NCBI GenBank assembly: GCA_950097015.1
Contig: CATNEN010000007.1
Coordinates: 62,001 to 126,000, forward strand
Reading direction: 5' to 3'
DNA length: 64,000 nucleotides
From: Macrostomum hystrix
Taxonomy: Eukaryota; Animalia; Platyhelminthes
A program made the position numbers and the translations under genes. Under the pieces are notes generated by a model that was not told where the DNA came from, made no database searches, and saw only the letters and a program-made list of their open reading frames with translations. Positions 61,701 to 64,000 of this stretch are shown in pieces. Within the stretch, counting starts at the first letter, position 1. Every line of letters begins with the position of its first letter.

Positions 61701-62152
61701 ATTGATGCTATAAGATTGTGATTGTATTTTTAGAAACTAGTTTTACATGACGTCACACAAATACATGCTTTTCTTTTTTGGCATAATAAAACACAGAATG
61801 TTTTATTTGTATAAACAATATAAACAAGCTTCTTTTTTAGTAGATTAGAAAGTGACTCTAAAAAACAAACATTACGCAACAATCTATTTTTAGAAACAAA
61901 GAATGACAAATGATGCTATTCTTAGACATGTTTGTAGATTACGCAATATTCTATTTTTAGAAACCAATAATGACATAACCCAGATTTTTTCTCATATGAA
62001 CAACTCATTAGACGATGCGACAAATGCCAATCGAAATTTAAGAATCGGAATTTGAGTTCTATCAGAATTAACAAAACACTCACCCATTGCCGTGCCGCGA
62101 TAGTTTTCAACGCCGTCTCGCATCACAGTCCTGTACTGAGCCTCCGTGATCG
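58593..62152 (-). CDS. Hypothetical polyQ/low-complexity protein, 3' part. Exons 62152-62084, 61644-61331, 60574-60473, 59174-58593; upstream exons unresolved
   Basis: Phase-consistent GT-AG joins give ...ITEAQYRTVMRDGVENYRGTAM|DVTPTLITEY...PPVGLRR|CLSVPP...RCCYS|ASEGQHQDQQQ...VYGTDSNC*. Coding-like composition; no family recognised. The 60473 donor is the least certain. Confidence 0.6.
59220..61140. repeat. Three intronic arrays of one ~17-bp family (GCGGAGTGAGGTGGGCA) at 59220-59405, 59830-60262 and 60790-61140
   Basis: Direct tandem periodicity in two adjacent introns. Confidence 0.9.
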
Positions 62153-63324
62153 CTAAGAAGAAATTGATAAACGTGAAGGAAACTGTTAGTCGCGGACAGA
62201 ATACACGCAATCAGACAAGCATAATAAAAATTCTGCAAAATTTGTAAACCGGTGTTTGCACAGATTCAAGTTCGCACCTCAAATTAAAAAGGAAAAACAA
62301 TAGTGACTAAAATGGAACACTAAAAAGAGCAAACACAAGCTTACACTAAAGCTACAGAGTCTGGTATAAAACTTCGCATTTGTTGTAAATTAATATTATG
62401 AAAATGGCACCAAAAGAAAAGAAATAGGAGAATAGTATAGAGGAAAGTACAATACTAAAACTGGGTACCGGGTGAATTGCGATATCCTTTGTACAGGTGC
62501 GAGTAACACTCCGGTTGTGTTCGTTGGTGCTTTAAGGAAATTGTATTTTTGCACAAGTCAATTTTTCCAAATAAACTACGAATTCAGTGCAAAACGGCAT
62601 CGCTTTAAAAATATTTTTGCTTGATCCTCGCTATTAAATAATCAAATAAATTTAACAAAAATACCTGAAAAACTGTTTACACTACTAGCTGAACTACCTC
62701 AGTAGTCATCTAAAGACACAACAAATTTTTTTTCTAGATAAAATAGAAATAAACGGTACTGGACAGCGAATCGGCTTGTAAACTTCTTTCTAATATCTAA
62801 CCGACAAGAAGACAAAGGGCAGTAAACTGTAAGTAGTGTAATATTTAGCTGACAACACCACCAGCAGTCACCGTAGTTTTAAAATTTACCGTCGTCCATA
62901 ACGCAAAAGCCGCGTTTTTTAGATTCGGCAGCTAAAATCTCGGCAAATTGGCGCATCGCTCGTTCGCCTTTTTTTAAAACACAAAATAATATTTTAATTG
63001 TTGGTTCGTTAATTTAGAGTCGCATTTCAATGTTGATCTATCGACCCTGATCTGTGTTTATAGGTTTCAACTGCACAAACTGAAAACTTGTTTATTCTAA
63101 AGTCGGTGTCCCATAATTGGGTCTATAAAATTCGACGGAAATATTTGCAATTGGGGCAAATTTGTTTCTTTAAAGGAATAAGCGACGGTCTAAAGAAACT
63201 AGTGCAGACAAGCAAGCAGTTAAATTTGCACGTGCAGAGATGCAATTGCACGCTCTCGGCTGTGCTATAAACCAAAGCTTCAGCTTTCTAGATCGCTGTT
63301 AGAGTTAAATGTGTTACAGTTAGA

Positions 63325-63690
63325 TTAGGAAGGAAAAAGGCAGGAGAGAGGAGGGGAGAGGGGAGAGGACAGAAGCAGGGGAGAAGAGATGGAAGAATTG
63401 AGGGAGAGAGAGTGAGAAGAAAAACAGGGGAAATTAGAGGGAAGGTCAGAAGGGAAAGAGAGGGAAGGCGAGGGGAGACGGGAGGGGAGAGACGGGAGGG
63501 GAGAGGGGAGGAGAGAGAGGAGGAGTGAGGGGAGGAGAGACAGGAGGAGAGAGGGGAGGAGAGAGGGTAGTAGAGAGGGGAGAAGAGAGGGGAGAAGAGA
63601 GGGGAGAAGAGAGGAAAGGAGAGGAGAGTAGAGAGGCGAGAAGAGAAGAGAGGAGAGAAGAGAGAGGGGAGAAGAGAGATAGAATAGGAG
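63325..63690. repeat. GA-rich polypurine simple repeat
   Basis: Seen directly. Confidence 0.85.
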
Positions 63691-64000
63691 TTGTGTTAGT
63701 CACGGAAGAGTCATAAATCAGAACCTATACAAGGCTACAACATGAGCAATCATCAGAGAAGTTGTCGGCATTCAGTCTCTTTCGCATTGAAGACACTGAG
63801 GTCAGGAAAATCGCGAGAGTGAAATTTGACACACAATTGAAAAGCCTATGTATGCTAGGGGAGGATAGGCGAGATAAGCGATCGATTTGAAAGACACATT
63901 CGCGATATGGGCCGGCTTAATTAGGACGTCACGTGTACTCCCTCCGGGGGTGGGGGGGGGGTAACAGAAACTCGGGGACACGTCAAGGAGGGTCAATAGG

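Noticed and set aside
62300-64000. Upstream exons of the polyQ gene (62430-62530, 63750-63960)
   Set aside because: Open frames exist, but I found no phase-compatible strong donor/acceptor chain or recognisable domain.

Overview
Eukaryotic (animal) genomic DNA with spliceosomal introns and no prokaryotic features. The GC3-rich, homopolymer-amino-acid-rich exons, short AT-rich introns and about 35 kb-scale minisatellite/simple-repeat arrays (roughly 40% of the window by my rough sum) suggest a free-living flatworm such as Macrostomum; this is an inference, not a database result. Confident genes, reconstructed exon by exon: flotillin-1 (+, 477-4660; GC-AG first intron, one apparent +1 frameshift), anosmin-1/KAL1 (+, 14217-36922; 12 exons, C-terminal hydrophobic tail), ISCU (-, 41282-42381), a BTB-BACK-Kelch KLHL26-like gene (-, 44464-47863) and SMPD4 (-, 49539-53849; one apparent +1 frameshift). 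There are three orphan-looking genes (9183-9806 +, 55482-56039 +, and a polyQ-rich multi-exon gene at 58593-62152 -, 5' end unresolved). Several tRNA-derived SINE copies fall into two or three modular families. Most long ORFs in the supplied track are artefacts of tandem repeats. The best novel signal is a minimal type I hammerhead ribozyme of the Penelope-like-element kind on the minus strand at 26087-26125, inside a ~280-bp insert that splits a (GATA)n microsatellite in an anosmin intron. Second is a SINE family whose most conserved part is a hairpin carrying hammerhead-like core words.
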